This document shows positions 1 to 9,734 of a stretch of DNA of 64,000 nt, in pieces (the stretch's first letter is position 1; each line of letters starts with the position of its first letter). The notes under the pieces were generated by a model. That model ran no database searches. It was not told the origin of the DNA and saw nothing but the letters and a program-made list of their open reading frames with translations. The position numbers and the translations under genes are program-made. Origin of the DNA: Rickettsiales bacterium (lineage in GTDB: Bacteria > Pseudomonadota > Alphaproteobacteria > Rickettsiales > RGZB01); assembly GCA_044356525.1 (NCBI GenBank), contig JBIKVZ010000001.1, positions 416,562 to 480,561 on the forward strand, read 5' to 3'.

Positions 1-1175
1 TTGCCGGAGGATGGCACCACGGTGTTGTATGCACGGGCTAAACGCGTGATCGAGTCGAGCAGAATCACAACGTCTTTACCCACTTCCACCAAACGCTTGG
101 CTTTGTTGATGACCATTTCGGCCAGCTGCACGTGGCGGGTGGCAGGCTCGTCAAACGTCGAGCTGACGACTTCGCCTTTCACGGTGCGTGCCATGTCGGT
201 CACTTCTTCAGGGCGTTCGTCAATCAGCAGCACCATCAGTTCCACTTCCGGATGGTTCGCGGTGATGGATTTTGCGATGTTCTGCATCAGCATGGTTTTA
301 CCCGTGCGTGGCGGCGCCACAATCAGTGCACGCTGACCCTTACCGAGCGGGCTCACCAAGTCGATGATACGCGCGCTAGGGTCTTTGCTGGTGGGGTCCA
401 AATGTTCCATCTTGAGGCGCTGATTCGGGTAGAGCGGCGTCAAGTTGTCGAAGTTCACACGGTGGCGCACTTCTTCCGGTTTTTTGCCGTTGATGCAGGT
501 TACGCGCACCAGTGCAAAATAACGTTCGCCTTTTTTCGGCGCACGGATTTCACCCTCCACCGTGTCGCCGGTGCGAAGGCCAAAGCGGCGCACTTGGCTC
601 GGCGAAACATAAATATCGTCCGGCCCTGCCATGTAGTTTGATTCCGTCGATCGCAGGAAGCCGAAGCCGTCTTGCAGCACTTCAAGCACGCCATCGCCGA
701 TAATCACGCCGTTCAGCGCGGCCATCTTTTGTAGAATCACGAATACGAGATCCTGCTTCAGCATGCCGCCGCAATCTTCGATGCCTGCTTCTTCCGCAAT
801 CGCCAGCAATTCTTCGGCTGATTTTGTTTTGAGGTCGCGGATTTTCAGCTCACCCTCTGGGCGTGGGCCTGTCGGTACTTCATCATAATTTTCATCGCCG
901 CCTTGCATGTCGGCGTTTTCATATTGGCCCATATCGCGGTGGTGGCGTGGGTTATATTCCCCACGGTTGCCATTGCCTTCTTCGCGGTTCTGGTTGTTAT
1001 TGCGGCCACCGCGATAATTATCGCGGTTCTGATAGTTTGACCTGCCACCACCGCCGCCACGACGTGGGCGGTTCTGGTATCCGCCAGGGCGGCGTTCTTG
1101 TGAGGAGGGGCGATCTTGCGAGGAGGATTGATTATCCATCTGCGGTGCATCTTCTTTATTTACAGGTGCGTTCAT
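1..1175 (-). CDS. rho: transcription termination factor Rho; C-terminus cut by left window edge
   Basis: Absent from the ORF track because no stop lies in the window. Reverse complement from ATG (complement of 1173-1175) reads [12 protein letters not shown]..., then [27 protein letters not shown], Walker [45 protein letters not shown] and [17 protein letters not shown]. These are canonical Rho motifs. Confidence 0.9.
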   Translation of the reverse strand, partial: MNAPVNKEDAPQMDNQSSSQDRPSSQERRPGGYQNRPRRGGGGGRSNYQNRDNYRGGRNNNQNREEGNGNRGEYNPRHHRDMGQYENADMQGGDENYDEVPTGPRPEGELKIRDLKTKSAEELLAIAEEAGIEDCGGMLKQDLVFVILQKMAALNGVIIGDGVLEVLQDGFGFLRSTESNYMAGPDDIYVSPSQVRRFGLRTGDTVEGEIRAPKKGERYFALVRVTCINGKKPEEVRHRVNFDNLTPLYPNQRLKMEHLDPTSKDPSARIIDLVSPLGKGQRALIVAPPRTGKTMLMQNIAKSITANHPEVELMVLLIDERPEEVTDMARTVKGEVVSSTFDEPATRHVQLAEMVINKAKRLVEVGKDVVILLDSITRLARAYNTVVPSSG

Positions 1176-1477
1176 AAGTCTCTTTTTTGGATTTAAGGGG
1201 TTGTTTTTGAAGGGAAAACCGAGCACGTCGCGTGCTGGTGATAAAACTCAGATGTTGTGTGTGATTTTCTGATGGGAGCAACCGGAAAGACATCCGGAAG
1301 TCCGCTTTCCCAAAGGCGTTTTGCCTGTGTTATCTTCGTGGATAACTGAATTATGATAGCTTGTCAAAGCGTTTTTCGCCCATATGGGCTGTTTTAGGCC
1401 GTTTTTGTCATGAAAGCTTCACATTAGAAGCCCCTAAATTTACCGAAAATTAAGGGTTTTTGCCTATCCTATAGGGC

Positions 1478-3685
1478 ATGGACGAACAACCGCAAACACC
1501 GCCGAATCCTGAGCCTGAAATTCCGCCAGCCTTGCCGGAGTCAGCGCCCACAGCCCCTGTGCCGCCACGCAGAAGCCTTATGGAGCGCGCCGCGGACCGC
1601 GTCGTCACGTGGATGGTGCGGCATCCGGTGCAAGCCAGCCTTGCGGCAGGTGCGATGTTTGCCGGCGGCATGCTCACCGAAACCGCACTCTACGAATTTA
1701 AAGCCACCGACAATAACCAGCCCGCGCATGTGAGCCACATTGATGCGGGGCCCGACGGCACGGTGAAAATGGAAAGTGGGGCAGCGCTGCGCTCAATGGC
1801 CGAAAAAAATCAAGGCATCGGCATCCGCGACAATAACCACAACCGCGAAGAAATACCGAAATTCCTGCTCGACCACGTGGATGACATCGCCGCTACCAAG
1901 GGCATCATCTTCATCGAAATCGAGCAAAGCATGAATGAAAATATCAAAAAATTCTATGCCGATGGTGACATAACTCACTTGAAAGACTTCCATTTCGGTC
2001 CGAGCGAGGTCCGGGATACCTATCTCGAGCTGTTCCAGAAATGCCGCGAGAAGGGCGTGGAGATTCTTTGTTATGACACCGACCCTTGGCGCCGAGACGA
2101 GCGCGCGCAAGAATATTATTCTTCCCCCCATTACAGGGGCGCAGGTCCGCGGCGCGGCGAGGAAGACAGCTTTCCCACCAGCGTTCCGCCCGAGTTGAAA
2201 GAAGGGGAGAGTATCTTCCTCGCAGAGCGTATCGCCGATAATAAAACCATGGCCGACTTTGTGCGCGATACACTAGCCGAGCGCGGCAACCCCACTGACT
2301 GTACGGTGTATTTTGTGTGCGGCAGCTACCACTTTGCAAACCCCGAGCTGCCCCGCATTGAAACCACTAAAGACTGGGTGCGCAGCACAACACATCCTTG
2401 GATGCCGACCCGCGTAGCAAAGGACCTCGACGAACAAATTGCCGACATTCTGCCGCCAGGCCCGCGAAAAGGTGTCGTGAACCTCGACACAAGCCTGCCA
2501 GACAAAGACCATATTCCAAACAGTCCGGGGCCCGTGAAATACACGCTTGTTAAAAGCGCAGAGCCTCCGTTCCGCTTCGGTTACGACACGCCCGAGTTCA
2601 CCTTAAAATTACCGGATGCGGTGTTTAATCGCTATTTGGCGTCACCTGCCTTAAGCGCGCTGCCGGATAAAGAGCGCACAGAGGCTCTAACATCAATTAA
2701 GGATAGCTTCGTTTTGCTCGCAAAAATGGAAACCCTTCTCTCCGAAGAGTTTATTCCCAAAAAAGCTCTTGAGAAACGAACACAGCAAGAACACATGCGC
2801 GCCAGCGCTGCCGGCGACATGCAGGAAAACATCGGCGATGCGCGCAAATTCCTTACCAACGGAGATATGACCAAAGCACTCGATTCGGTGCGCATAATTG
2901 GCTCGCTTGTCGGCCGTCTTAATAACGAAACTGCCGCGAAAGAATATGGCTTATCCGAGGGGGCAAAAAGAATTGTTAGCCTTGGAGCCTCACTTTCTGA
3001 CAATGCCAACCGCTTCGGAAATATCGAGGCGCTTGCTACATTAAACCTGCCCACCCAAAATGTTTTTGTGCCCAGCGGGCCTGCAACCGGCCATGTCACC
3101 GATTTGTCGGCGCTGCCAGAGTCCTCGCGAAAAGGCGCGACATACTATTTCGATGACCGCGCCATGCCCGCACTTGAAAATTTCAAGACCCTGCTGCCAC
3201 AACCCCCCGCCTTTGCAGGGGTGCCAAAAGAAAAGGCCGTAGATGCCCTTATACACGTAAATGATGCTATCTCTGCTTTACGCGATCGGAGATTTCAGGA
3301 TTTCGAATTTCATTTTCGAGCCTTTCAGGATAGCGATGTCGCACGCGCGCTTTCTATAGAGGATTTTAATAAATTCGGCTACACCCTTGGTGACGTATCA
3401 AAGGGTTGTCGGCACATCACGAACGGACAGATGCTGTTAGCCGAAAAGGCGACCGCGCCGGAGGTTGTTTTGGCAAAAACAGCACCAGAGGTCGCGCCGC
3501 TGCCTGCGGCCGAAATGAAAGAGCTTGATGCCATTCGGGCAACCATGCTGGCTACAACAGGCGGGACCCCAGAAAAGCCCCCTGAGCCGCCACAAAGAAC
3601 GGCCGGGTTCGCCGACCGTTTCGTAGAAGAGCGCCGCCACCCTACGCCTTCAGGTCATCAGCAAACCAATGGCCGGACACTGTAA
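1478..3685 (+). CDS. large hypothetical protein, Pro-rich N-terminus plus one hydrophobic segment
   Basis: 735-aa track ORF with no competing long ORF. N-terminus reads PPNPEPEIPPALPESAPTAPVPP, then hydrophobic AAGAMFAGGML. No domain recognisable by eye. Confidence 0.5.
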   Translation: MDEQPQTPPNPEPEIPPALPESAPTAPVPPRRSLMERAADRVVTWMVRHPVQASLAAGAMFAGGMLTETALYEFKATDNNQPAHVSHIDAGPDGTVKMESGAALRSMAEKNQGIGIRDNNHNREEIPKFLLDHVDDIAATKGIIFIEIEQSMNENIKKFYADGDITHLKDFHFGPSEVRDTYLELFQKCREKGVEILCYDTDPWRRDERAQEYYSSPHYRGAGPRRGEEDSFPTSVPPELKEGESIFLAERIADNKTMADFVRDTLAERGNPTDCTVYFVCGSYHFANPELPRIETTKDWVRSTTHPWMPTRVAKDLDEQIADILPPGPRKGVVNLDTSLPDKDHIPNSPGPVKYTLVKSAEPPFRFGYDTPEFTLKLPDAVFNRYLASPALSALPDKERTEALTSIKDSFVLLAKMETLLSEEFIPKKALEKRTQQEHMRASAAGDMQENIGDARKFLTNGDMTKALDSVRIIGSLVGRLNNETAAKEYGLSEGAKRIVSLGASLSDNANRFGNIEALATLNLPTQNVFVPSGPATGHVTDLSALPESSRKGATYYFDDRAMPALENFKTLLPQPPAFAGVPKEKAVDALIHVNDAISALRDRRFQDFEFHFRAFQDSDVARALSIEDFNKFGYTLGDVSKGCRHITNGQMLLAEKATAPEVVLAKTAPEVAPLPAAEMKELDAIRATMLATTGGTPEKPPEPPQRTAGFADRFVEERRHPTPSGHQQTNGRTL

Positions 3686-3688
3686 CGC

Positions 3689-4141
3689 CTAAAACGGCTT
3701 CAGCACCGCCAGCAGGATAATCACAATCATCAGTGCCGTCGGCACTTCGTTTAAAATGCGGAAGTATTTTGCGCTCTTTGTGTTCGCATCTTTTTCAAAA
3801 TCTTTCCGGCGGCGTGAAAGAATACCGTGCACGCCCCCCATCAGCAACACAAGCACTATTTTCGCATGAATCCACTTTGCCGTGCCGGGGCCGCCAAGGC
3901 CGGTCGCAATAATCAGCAGAATGCCGAATACAAACGTCGCAATCATCGCAGGGTTAATAATCACGCGCATCAGGCGGCGCTCCATTGTTTTTAACATTTC
4001 GCTGGCTTCCGATTTCGGCTTCACGCCGCAGTGATACACAAACAGGCGCGGCAGGTAGAGCATGCCCGCCATCCACGCCACCATCGCAATCAAATGCAGT
4101 GCCTTGAGTAGTGCGTAATGTTCCATCAGTGCCGCGCTCAT
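3689..4141 (-). CDS. hemJ: protoporphyrinogen IX oxidase HemJ (UPF0093 membrane protein)
   Basis: 150 aa with four hydrophobic helices. N-terminal KALHLIAMVAWMAGMLYLPRLFVYH is typical of HemJ. It sits in a haem cluster with hemH and hemE. Confidence 0.75.
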   Translation of the reverse strand: MSAALMEHYALLKALHLIAMVAWMAGMLYLPRLFVYHCGVKPKSEASEMLKTMERRLMRVIINPAMIATFVFGILLIIATGLGGPGTAKWIHAKIVLVLLMGGVHGILSRRRKDFEKDANTKSAKYFRILNEVPTALMIVIILLAVLKPF

Positions 4142-4153
4142 TTTTTTTCTCCC

Positions 4154-5245
4154 TTAAGCATGTTTATGGTAGGCGCACGCCGTGCGGTCCTGTGGACAAA
4201 GGCGTTTTTCCGCACACGAATCGAGGTGCGTTTGCCGCGCCATCATTTTTTCGCACATCTGGGTTAGCGCCGTAATAAAAAACGGGTGGTCGTTCAGCGC
4301 GGGCACGCGGAAATATTTTGCCTCTTCCAGCCCATTATCCACTGCCAGTTGGCGATATTGTAAATCCAGCTCCACCAATGTTTCCGAGTGATCCGACACA
4401 AACGCCACGGGCACCAGCACCAGTGGCTGTTTGCGTTTTGCACCGCGTATAATTTCTTCGTCGGTGTACGGTGAAATCCATTCGAGCGGCCCCACGCGGC
4501 TTTGGTAACACACCACATGGTCAAGGCCGGGAATGCCCATGCGCTCCACAATCGCCGCAGTGGTTTGTTCCACCTGCCATTGGTAAGGGTCGCCTTTTTC
4601 AATCACATTTTTTGGCAGGCCGTGGGCACTAAACAGCACGCGTGGTGTTTCACTCGTTTCCTCGAGCGCCCTGTCATATTCTGCGCGCACCAGCGCCGCG
4701 TGCGCGGTAATAAATTCTTCATGTATTGGGTAGCAGCAGAGTTTTTTTGTTGGCGCCACCAGCCCAATTTTCCGTGCGTGCTGCACCCAGTCTTTAAACG
4801 AGGAATCCGTCGTTGTGGTTGAATATTGCGGGTAGAGCGGCACTAGCAGCACTTCGTCTGGCTCAAAGGCCTTAACCTCTTTTGCCACCGCATCACTGAA
4901 CGGATGCCAGTAGCGCATGCTCACAAACACACGGACAGTCGCATTCGCTTTCTTCTTCAGCGACGCTTCCAGTGCGGCGGCTTGTTTTTTGGTCAGTTCC
5001 AGCAGGGGTGATTTGCCACCAATTTGCGCATAAATATCCTGCGCCTCTTCTTCGCGTTTGTGTGAAATCAGCGTTGCCACCATAAAGCGCAAAGGGTTCG
5101 GGAGCGAAATAATGGCAGGGTCAGAAAATAAATTAAACAGGAATGGCCTTACGGATTTTAATGCGTCCGGCCCACCCAGATTAAACAACACCACAGCAAC
5201 TTTTTTCTGTGTTCTTGTCTCAATTATCGGAGCCTTAGCGTCCAC
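4154..5245 (-). CDS. hemH: ferrochelatase
   Basis: 363 aa. VAVVLFNLGGPD N-terminal motif, SAHGLP, FVSDHSETLVELD. C-terminal Cys cluster (CAEKRLCPQDRTAC) suggests a 2Fe-2S type. Confidence 0.9.
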   Translation of the reverse strand: MDAKAPIIETRTQKKVAVVLFNLGGPDALKSVRPFLFNLFSDPAIISLPNPLRFMVATLISHKREEEAQDIYAQIGGKSPLLELTKKQAAALEASLKKKANATVRVFVSMRYWHPFSDAVAKEVKAFEPDEVLLVPLYPQYSTTTTDSSFKDWVQHARKIGLVAPTKKLCCYPIHEEFITAHAALVRAEYDRALEETSETPRVLFSAHGLPKNVIEKGDPYQWQVEQTTAAIVERMGIPGLDHVVCYQSRVGPLEWISPYTDEEIIRGAKRKQPLVLVPVAFVSDHSETLVELDLQYRQLAVDNGLEEAKYFRVPALNDHPFFITALTQMCEKMMARQTHLDSCAEKRLCPQDRTACAYHKHA

Positions 5246-6281
5246 GCACTTGCCTCACCAACCATTCGACATTTTCAATCGGCGTCTGAGGTAAAATACC
5301 ATGACCGAGGTTAAAAATATAGGGTGCGTCACCCAAGGTGCGCTTCAAGTGTTTTACCGCATTGGCGATGGTGGTTTTGTCCGAAAGCAAAATCGTTGGG
5401 TCTAAATTGCCCTGCACCGGCAATTTTCGCTGCAGTTTTTCAGCGGCCCATTCTGCCGGAACCGTGTAGTCGAGGCCAATGGCATCGGGCTTCACCTGGC
5501 GGACGTAATTTTTATAATAAAGCCCTGCGCCTTTCGGGAAGCCGATAATCGGAACATCCGGGCAGGCTTTCCTGACTTTTCTAACTAACTCTGCCGTCGG
5601 GGCATTCACCCAGCGCTGAAAGCTTTTTTCATCCAACACGCCTGCCCATGAATCAAAAATCTGCAGCACTTCTGCGCCCGCTTCCGCCTGCATAATCAAA
5701 TAATCTGCTGTGGCTTCCATCAATGTTTCAATCAGTGCATCAAAGGCTTTTGGGTCTTTGTAGCTTAGTGCTTTTACGTGTTCAAAATGTTTACTTCCGC
5801 CCCCTTCCACCATATAGGTGGCCACGGTCCACGGCGCACCAGCAAAGCCAATCAGCGCCACATCGGGCGGTAATTCTTTTTTCACCCGCACAAGTGCCTC
5901 TGCTACAGGTGAAAGATTTTTCGTGATTTTCGGAATCTGTTTTTCCAGCGCTTTAATGTGCCTTGCCGTTTCAATTTTTGAAAGAACAGGGCCCTCGCCT
6001 TCCACATATTTTAGCTTTTGCCCCAGTGCGTGCGGCACCACTAAAATATCGGAAAAAATAATTGCCGCATCAAACCCAAAACGGCGGATGGGTTGTAGCG
6101 TTACCTCTGCCGCATATTCCGGTGTGTAACATAAGGTTAAGAAATCGCCCGCTTTGGCGCGTATTTTTCGGTATTCCGGCAAATAGCGTCCGGCCTGCCG
6201 CATAAGCCACATCGGTGGCACGGCTTTCTTTTTTCCGTTTAACACTTCAAGAATTGGTTTTTTAATATGCGGTGTGTTCAT
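5235..6281 (-). CDS. hemE: uroporphyrinogen decarboxylase
   Basis: 348 aa. PPMWLMRQAGRYLPEYR signature, IFDSWAG, NLGHGI. Confidence 0.92.
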   Translation of the reverse strand: MNTPHIKKPILEVLNGKKKAVPPMWLMRQAGRYLPEYRKIRAKAGDFLTLCYTPEYAAEVTLQPIRRFGFDAAIIFSDILVVPHALGQKLKYVEGEGPVLSKIETARHIKALEKQIPKITKNLSPVAEALVRVKKELPPDVALIGFAGAPWTVATYMVEGGGSKHFEHVKALSYKDPKAFDALIETLMEATADYLIMQAEAGAEVLQIFDSWAGVLDEKSFQRWVNAPTAELVRKVRKACPDVPIIGFPKGAGLYYKNYVRQVKPDAIGLDYTVPAEWAAEKLQRKLPVQGNLDPTILLSDKTTIANAVKHLKRTLGDAPYIFNLGHGILPQTPIENVEWLVRQVRGR

Positions 6282-6552
6282 AAGGGGGGTACGATAGACA
6301 AGCTACCCTCTCTCTTCAAGCAATAAACCAATTCATTTTTAAGCATCACCTTACTACTTAATAAATAATAATATTTATAAATAAGTCTTTAGTAAGATTA
6401 GTAGGTTGTGAGCATAAGATGAATTACGAACATACGAACAAGATGTTTATTAAAAAAAAAAAATGAAAATTACTTGAGTAAAAGAGAGAACAACTCAAAA
6501 ACCTATTTGAAATAAAATAGAAAAAACAAATGTGAACTCTGTGGGTTATTAT

Positions 6553-6561
6553 TTATCCACG
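6553..6561 (+). promoter_or_regulatory. DnaA box, 8/9 match (TTATCCACG)
   Basis: Read directly; consensus TTATCCACA. Confidence 0.6.
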
Positions 6562-6593
6562 GATTTCACAAAAAGAAAAAAAGCCTATCTACA

Positions 6594-6602
6594 TGTGGAA
6601 AA
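6594..6602 (-). promoter_or_regulatory. DnaA box, 8/9 match (TGTGGAAAA on + strand)
   Basis: Read directly; complement of consensus is TGTGGATAA. Confidence 0.5.
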
Positions 6603-6644
6603 CATATGTGACAAGCATCGTGAAATATGGGATAAAAAGCAGCA

Positions 6645-6653
6645 TGTGGATAA
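6645..6653 (-). promoter_or_regulatory. DnaA box, perfect (TGTGGATAA on + strand)
   Basis: Exact reverse complement of TTATCCACA. Confidence 0.75.
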
Positions 6654-6699
6654 ACACACCACTTATTCATTTTTTATACAGCACCTTTTAACATTACGC

Positions 6700-6708
6700 T
6701 GTGGATAA
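6700..6708 (-). promoter_or_regulatory. DnaA box, perfect (TGTGGATAA on + strand)
   Basis: Exact reverse complement of TTATCCACA, 10 bp upstream of the PDRP start codon. Confidence 0.75.
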
Positions 6709-6717
6709 CATCAGTAT

Positions 6718-7563
6718 ATGACTGCTAAAGAAGCACCTATTAAACATTTTCACCTACATCTCGTGTCAGACTCCACGGGTGAAACCGTCTCGAGCGTGGC
6801 GCGTTCAGTACTGTCGATGTTTGATGGAACGGAGGCAGAAGAGCATTTATGGTCGCTGGTGCGCACCAAAGGTCAAATGGATAAAGTGCTTGAGGGCATC
6901 CGTGAAAATCCAGGGCTGGTGCTTTACACCATCATGGAAGAAAAACTTCAGCAGCAGTTAAAAGAAGGCTGTCGCAGCATGGAAGTGGTGTGCATTCCGG
7001 TGCTCAATCATATTATCCGCGAAATATCAGATTTTCTCGGTCTTAAGAAAATGAAATCAGCGCCGGGCAGGCAATATGAACTCGATGAAGAATATTTTAC
7101 CCGCGTAGAAGCCATTAACTTTGCACTCGCGCATGATGATGGTCAGAATGCTCATAATCTTGATGAGGCTGATATTGTGCTCGTGGGCCCTTCCCGCACC
7201 TCCAAAACACCGACCTGTGTGTATCTTTCTTATCGCGGATATAATTCTGCCAACGTACCTTTCGTAATGAATTGTCCACTGCCAGAAACATTGTTTAATC
7301 TTAAAAAGCCGCTAGTGGTGGGTTTGGTGATTAGCCCTGAGCGCCTGATCCAGATTCGTAAAACGCGCCTGATGTCGCTGAATGAAACACGCGAAACCTC
7401 GTATGTGGATATGGATAAAATCAAAGAAGAAGTGGCCGAGGCACGAAAAATTTATGCCAAATATAACTGGCCGGTGATTGACGTCACGCGTCGCTCGATT
7501 GAAGAAACCGTGGCAAACATTATCAACCTGTATAACGAACGTAAGGCCAAGCACGATGCCTAA
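6718..7563 (+). CDS. pyruvate, phosphate dikinase / PEP synthase regulatory protein (DUF299 kinase-pyrophosphorylase)
   Basis: 281 aa. HLHLVSDSTGET N-terminus and P-loop-like LVGPSRTSKTPTCVYLSYRGYNSANVP. This is the first gene right of oriC, as in Caulobacter. Confidence 0.85.
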   Translation: MTAKEAPIKHFHLHLVSDSTGETVSSVARSVLSMFDGTEAEEHLWSLVRTKGQMDKVLEGIRENPGLVLYTIMEEKLQQQLKEGCRSMEVVCIPVLNHIIREISDFLGLKKMKSAPGRQYELDEEYFTRVEAINFALAHDDGQNAHNLDEADIVLVGPSRTSKTPTCVYLSYRGYNSANVPFVMNCPLPETLFNLKKPLVVGLVISPERLIQIRKTRLMSLNETRETSYVDMDKIKEEVAEARKIYAKYNWPVIDVTRRSIEETVANIINLYNERKAKHDA

Positions 7564-8437
7564 AAAAGCAGGCGTTATTGGTTTTCCCATCGGCCACTCG
7601 CTTTCACCGCGAATCCACGGCTATTGGCTGAAGGAGCATGGTATTGAAGGCAGTTATACGGCCATTGAAGTGCACGCTGGCGAACTGAGTTCTTTTTTAA
7701 AAAGCCTGGCTGAAAATAATTATGCGGGTGTAAACGTGACGCTGCCACACAAAGAAAATGCACTGAAATATGTGGATGAAGTAGAGCCGCTTTCACGCTT
7801 TATCGGCGCGGTGAACACGGTGGTGGTGCGAAACGGAAAACTGCTGGCGACCAACACAGACATGGGTGGGTTTTTTGAAAACCTTGCACAGGGTGCGCCG
7901 GGGTTTGAGTTTCACAAAGGCAAGGCAGTGGTGCTGGGTGCGGGCGGTGCCGCACGCGCCATTATTACGGCGCTGCTTATTTATGGCGTGCCGGAAATAG
8001 TGCTGCTGAACCGCACACGCGAACGTGCAGAAGAAATTAAAAAACATTTTGCAGGCGGCATGCCGGAAGATGACATTACCGGACGGATTGATTGGCAGCA
8101 GCTTGCCGATAAAATTACCATCCTGCCGTGGGAAGAAAAAGAACGGGCACTGGTGGGCGCGAACATGCTGGTCAACACCACGGCGCTTGGCATGAAGGGC
8201 AAAGACAGGCTTGAAATCGACCTCGCCAATTTGCCCACTGCGGCGCTGGTAAATGACATTACCTATAATCCGCTGGAAACAGAATTGCTTGCGCAGGCAA
8301 GAAAGCGGGGCCATCGTGTGGTGGATGGTTTGGGTATGCTGCTGCATCAGGCGGTTCCGGGGTTTGAGGCATGGTTTGGTGTTCGCCCGAAAGTAACGCA
8401 GGCGCTACGCCAGCATGTGCTGGAGGGGATGAAATAA
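7556..8437 (+). CDS. aroE: shikimate dehydrogenase
   Basis: MPKKAGVIGFPIGHSLSPRIHGYWL, NVTLPHK, VLGAGGAARAI, NTTALGM. Start moved from track 7478 to in-frame ATG 7556, which overlaps the upstream stop. Confidence 0.85.
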   Translation: MPKKAGVIGFPIGHSLSPRIHGYWLKEHGIEGSYTAIEVHAGELSSFLKSLAENNYAGVNVTLPHKENALKYVDEVEPLSRFIGAVNTVVVRNGKLLATNTDMGGFFENLAQGAPGFEFHKGKAVVLGAGGAARAIITALLIYGVPEIVLLNRTRERAEEIKKHFAGGMPEDDITGRIDWQQLADKITILPWEEKERALVGANMLVNTTALGMKGKDRLEIDLANLPTAALVNDITYNPLETELLAQARKRGHRVVDGLGMLLHQAVPGFEAWFGVRPKVTQALRQHVLEGMK

Positions 8438-8439
8438 TT

Positions 8440-9057
8440 ATGTTGGTCGTTGGCCTCACAGGCTCTATCGGGATGGGAAAAAGTTACGTGGCAGAACGCT
8501 TGCGTGAAATGAATATTCCTGTGTTTGATGCCGACAATATCGTGCATGAATTGTTTGAGAATCCGGATTCTCCGGCCTTAAGCGGTGTTGAAAAATTATT
8601 CCCCACCTGTGTAGTGGACGGCGTGCTAAACCGCCAAGCGCTCGGCGCAGAAGTCTTTCATAATGCCGAAAAGCGTAAGCAGCTTGAGGCGGTGATTCAT
8701 CCGTTGGTTTTAAAAGAAAAACGCCGCTTCTTAACGCACCAACGCTTGGCAAAGTCACCACTCGTGGTTTTAGATATTCCGCTGCTGTATGAACTGGGCT
8801 GGGAAAAATATTGTGGCGCGGTGATGGTGGCGCATGCACCTGCCGCCATTCAACGCCGCCGCGTGCTGTCGCGCCCCGGCATGACGGAAGAAAAATTTAA
8901 TGCCATCCTCGCGAGCCAAATGCCATCGGTGGAAAAAGAAAAGCGCGCAGACTATGTGATTAACACAGGTGTCACGCGCGGCAAGGTCGTGTCACAACTT
9001 AAAAAAACCATCGCGGCGATGATTGACGGGAAGTTGCGTGAAAGGAAAAAATCATGA
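8440..9057 (+). CDS. coaE: dephospho-CoA kinase
   Basis: MLVVGLTGSIGMGKS P-loop at the N-terminus. Start moved from track 8371 to in-frame ATG 8440, just after the aroE stop. Confidence 0.85.
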   Translation: MLVVGLTGSIGMGKSYVAERLREMNIPVFDADNIVHELFENPDSPALSGVEKLFPTCVVDGVLNRQALGAEVFHNAEKRKQLEAVIHPLVLKEKRRFLTHQRLAKSPLVVLDIPLLYELGWEKYCGAVMVAHAPAAIQRRRVLSRPGMTEEKFNAILASQMPSVEKEKRADYVINTGVTRGKVVSQLKKTIAAMIDGKLRERKKS

Positions 9058-9734
9058 GAGAGATTGCGCTCGATACCGAAACCACGGGCCTAGAGCCGCG
9101 CGACGGTCACCGCATCGTTGAAATCGGCTGTGTGGAGATGGTGGGGCGTATCCGCACCGGTAAACATTTTCATGCCTACTTAAATCCTGAGTGCGACATG
9201 CCGCCCGAGGCTTTCCGCGTGCACGGTCTTTCCACTGAGTTCCTCATGGACAAGCCACTCTTTTCTGAATCGGCAGAAGGGTTTTTGGCCTTCATTGGCG
9301 AAGACGCGCTGGTGATTCACAATGCCGCCTTCGATATGAAATTCTTAAATGCGGAGCTGGCTAAAGTGGGAAAAGAGCCGCTCTCCATGGCGCGGGTAAC
9401 AGACACAATGCTGCTAGCGCGCGCGAAATTCCCCGGTGCCCCGGCAAGTCTTGATGCGCTCTGTCGCCGGTTTAACATCGACCTTTCTTCGCGCACCAAA
9501 CACGGCGCGCTGCTGGATGCTGAGCTGCTCGCAGAAATGTATCTGGAGCTTACGGGCGGCAGTCAGCGCACGCTAGAGCTGGCGGCAAACAATACAGCGA
9601 ATGTGGACGTTGCTGCGCAACAGATGCGTGAAATGCTGGTGCCGCGCACGCATGCCGCATCTGAAGCAGAAGCAGAAGCGCACGGCGCGTTCCTTACGAA
9701 AATCAAAAACCCGCTATGGAAGCAGTCGTCCTAA
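9054..9734 (+). CDS. dnaQ: DNA polymerase III epsilon (proofreading exonuclease)
   Basis: Exo motifs IALDTETTGL, VIHNAAFDMKFL and HGALLDAELLAEMY. ATGA overlap with coaE. Confidence 0.9.
   Translation: MREIALDTETTGLEPRDGHRIVEIGCVEMVGRIRTGKHFHAYLNPECDMPPEAFRVHGLSTEFLMDKPLFSESAEGFLAFIGEDALVIHNAAFDMKFLNAELAKVGKEPLSMARVTDTMLLARAKFPGAPASLDALCRRFNIDLSSRTKHGALLDAELLAEMYLELTGGSQRTLELAANNTANVDVAAQQMREMLVPRTHAASEAEAEAHGAFLTKIKNPLWKQSS

Larger units (their letters stand above)
6282..6717. other. oriC: chromosomal replication origin (oriC), hemE-adjacent alphaproteobacterial type
   Basis: 436-bp ORF-free, visibly AT-rich spacer between divergent hemE and the DUF299/PDRP gene. It has two perfect and two near-perfect DnaA boxes, long A/T runs (6340-6540) and a tandem TACGAACA x2 (6425-6440). 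The flanking gene order matches the Caulobacter/Rickettsia Cori context. Confidence 0.8.

Noticed and set aside
845-1177. Track ORFs 845-1150 (-) and 863-1177 (+)
   Set aside because: Both overlap the 5' part of rho in wrong frames or on the wrong strand. Their sequences are low-complexity shadows of the RGG/NQ-rich Rho extension.
6282-6717. CtrA (TTAA-N7-TTAA) and CcrM (GANTC) sites in the origin
   Set aside because: Only half-site-like matches were seen (e.g. TTAAGCATCACCTTA near 6348). No perfect CtrA box and no GANTC occur in the spacer, so none is annotated.
7793-8347. Long antisense ORFs inside core genes (e.g. 7793-8347, 11205-11657, 12037-12579, 14235-14825, 15277-15843, 49176-49787, 54685-55161, 60948-61502)
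   Set aside because: Each lies opposite a gene with clear family motifs. They have Arg/His/Cys-rich or otherwise non-protein-like composition and no motifs, so they are typical shadow ORFs.
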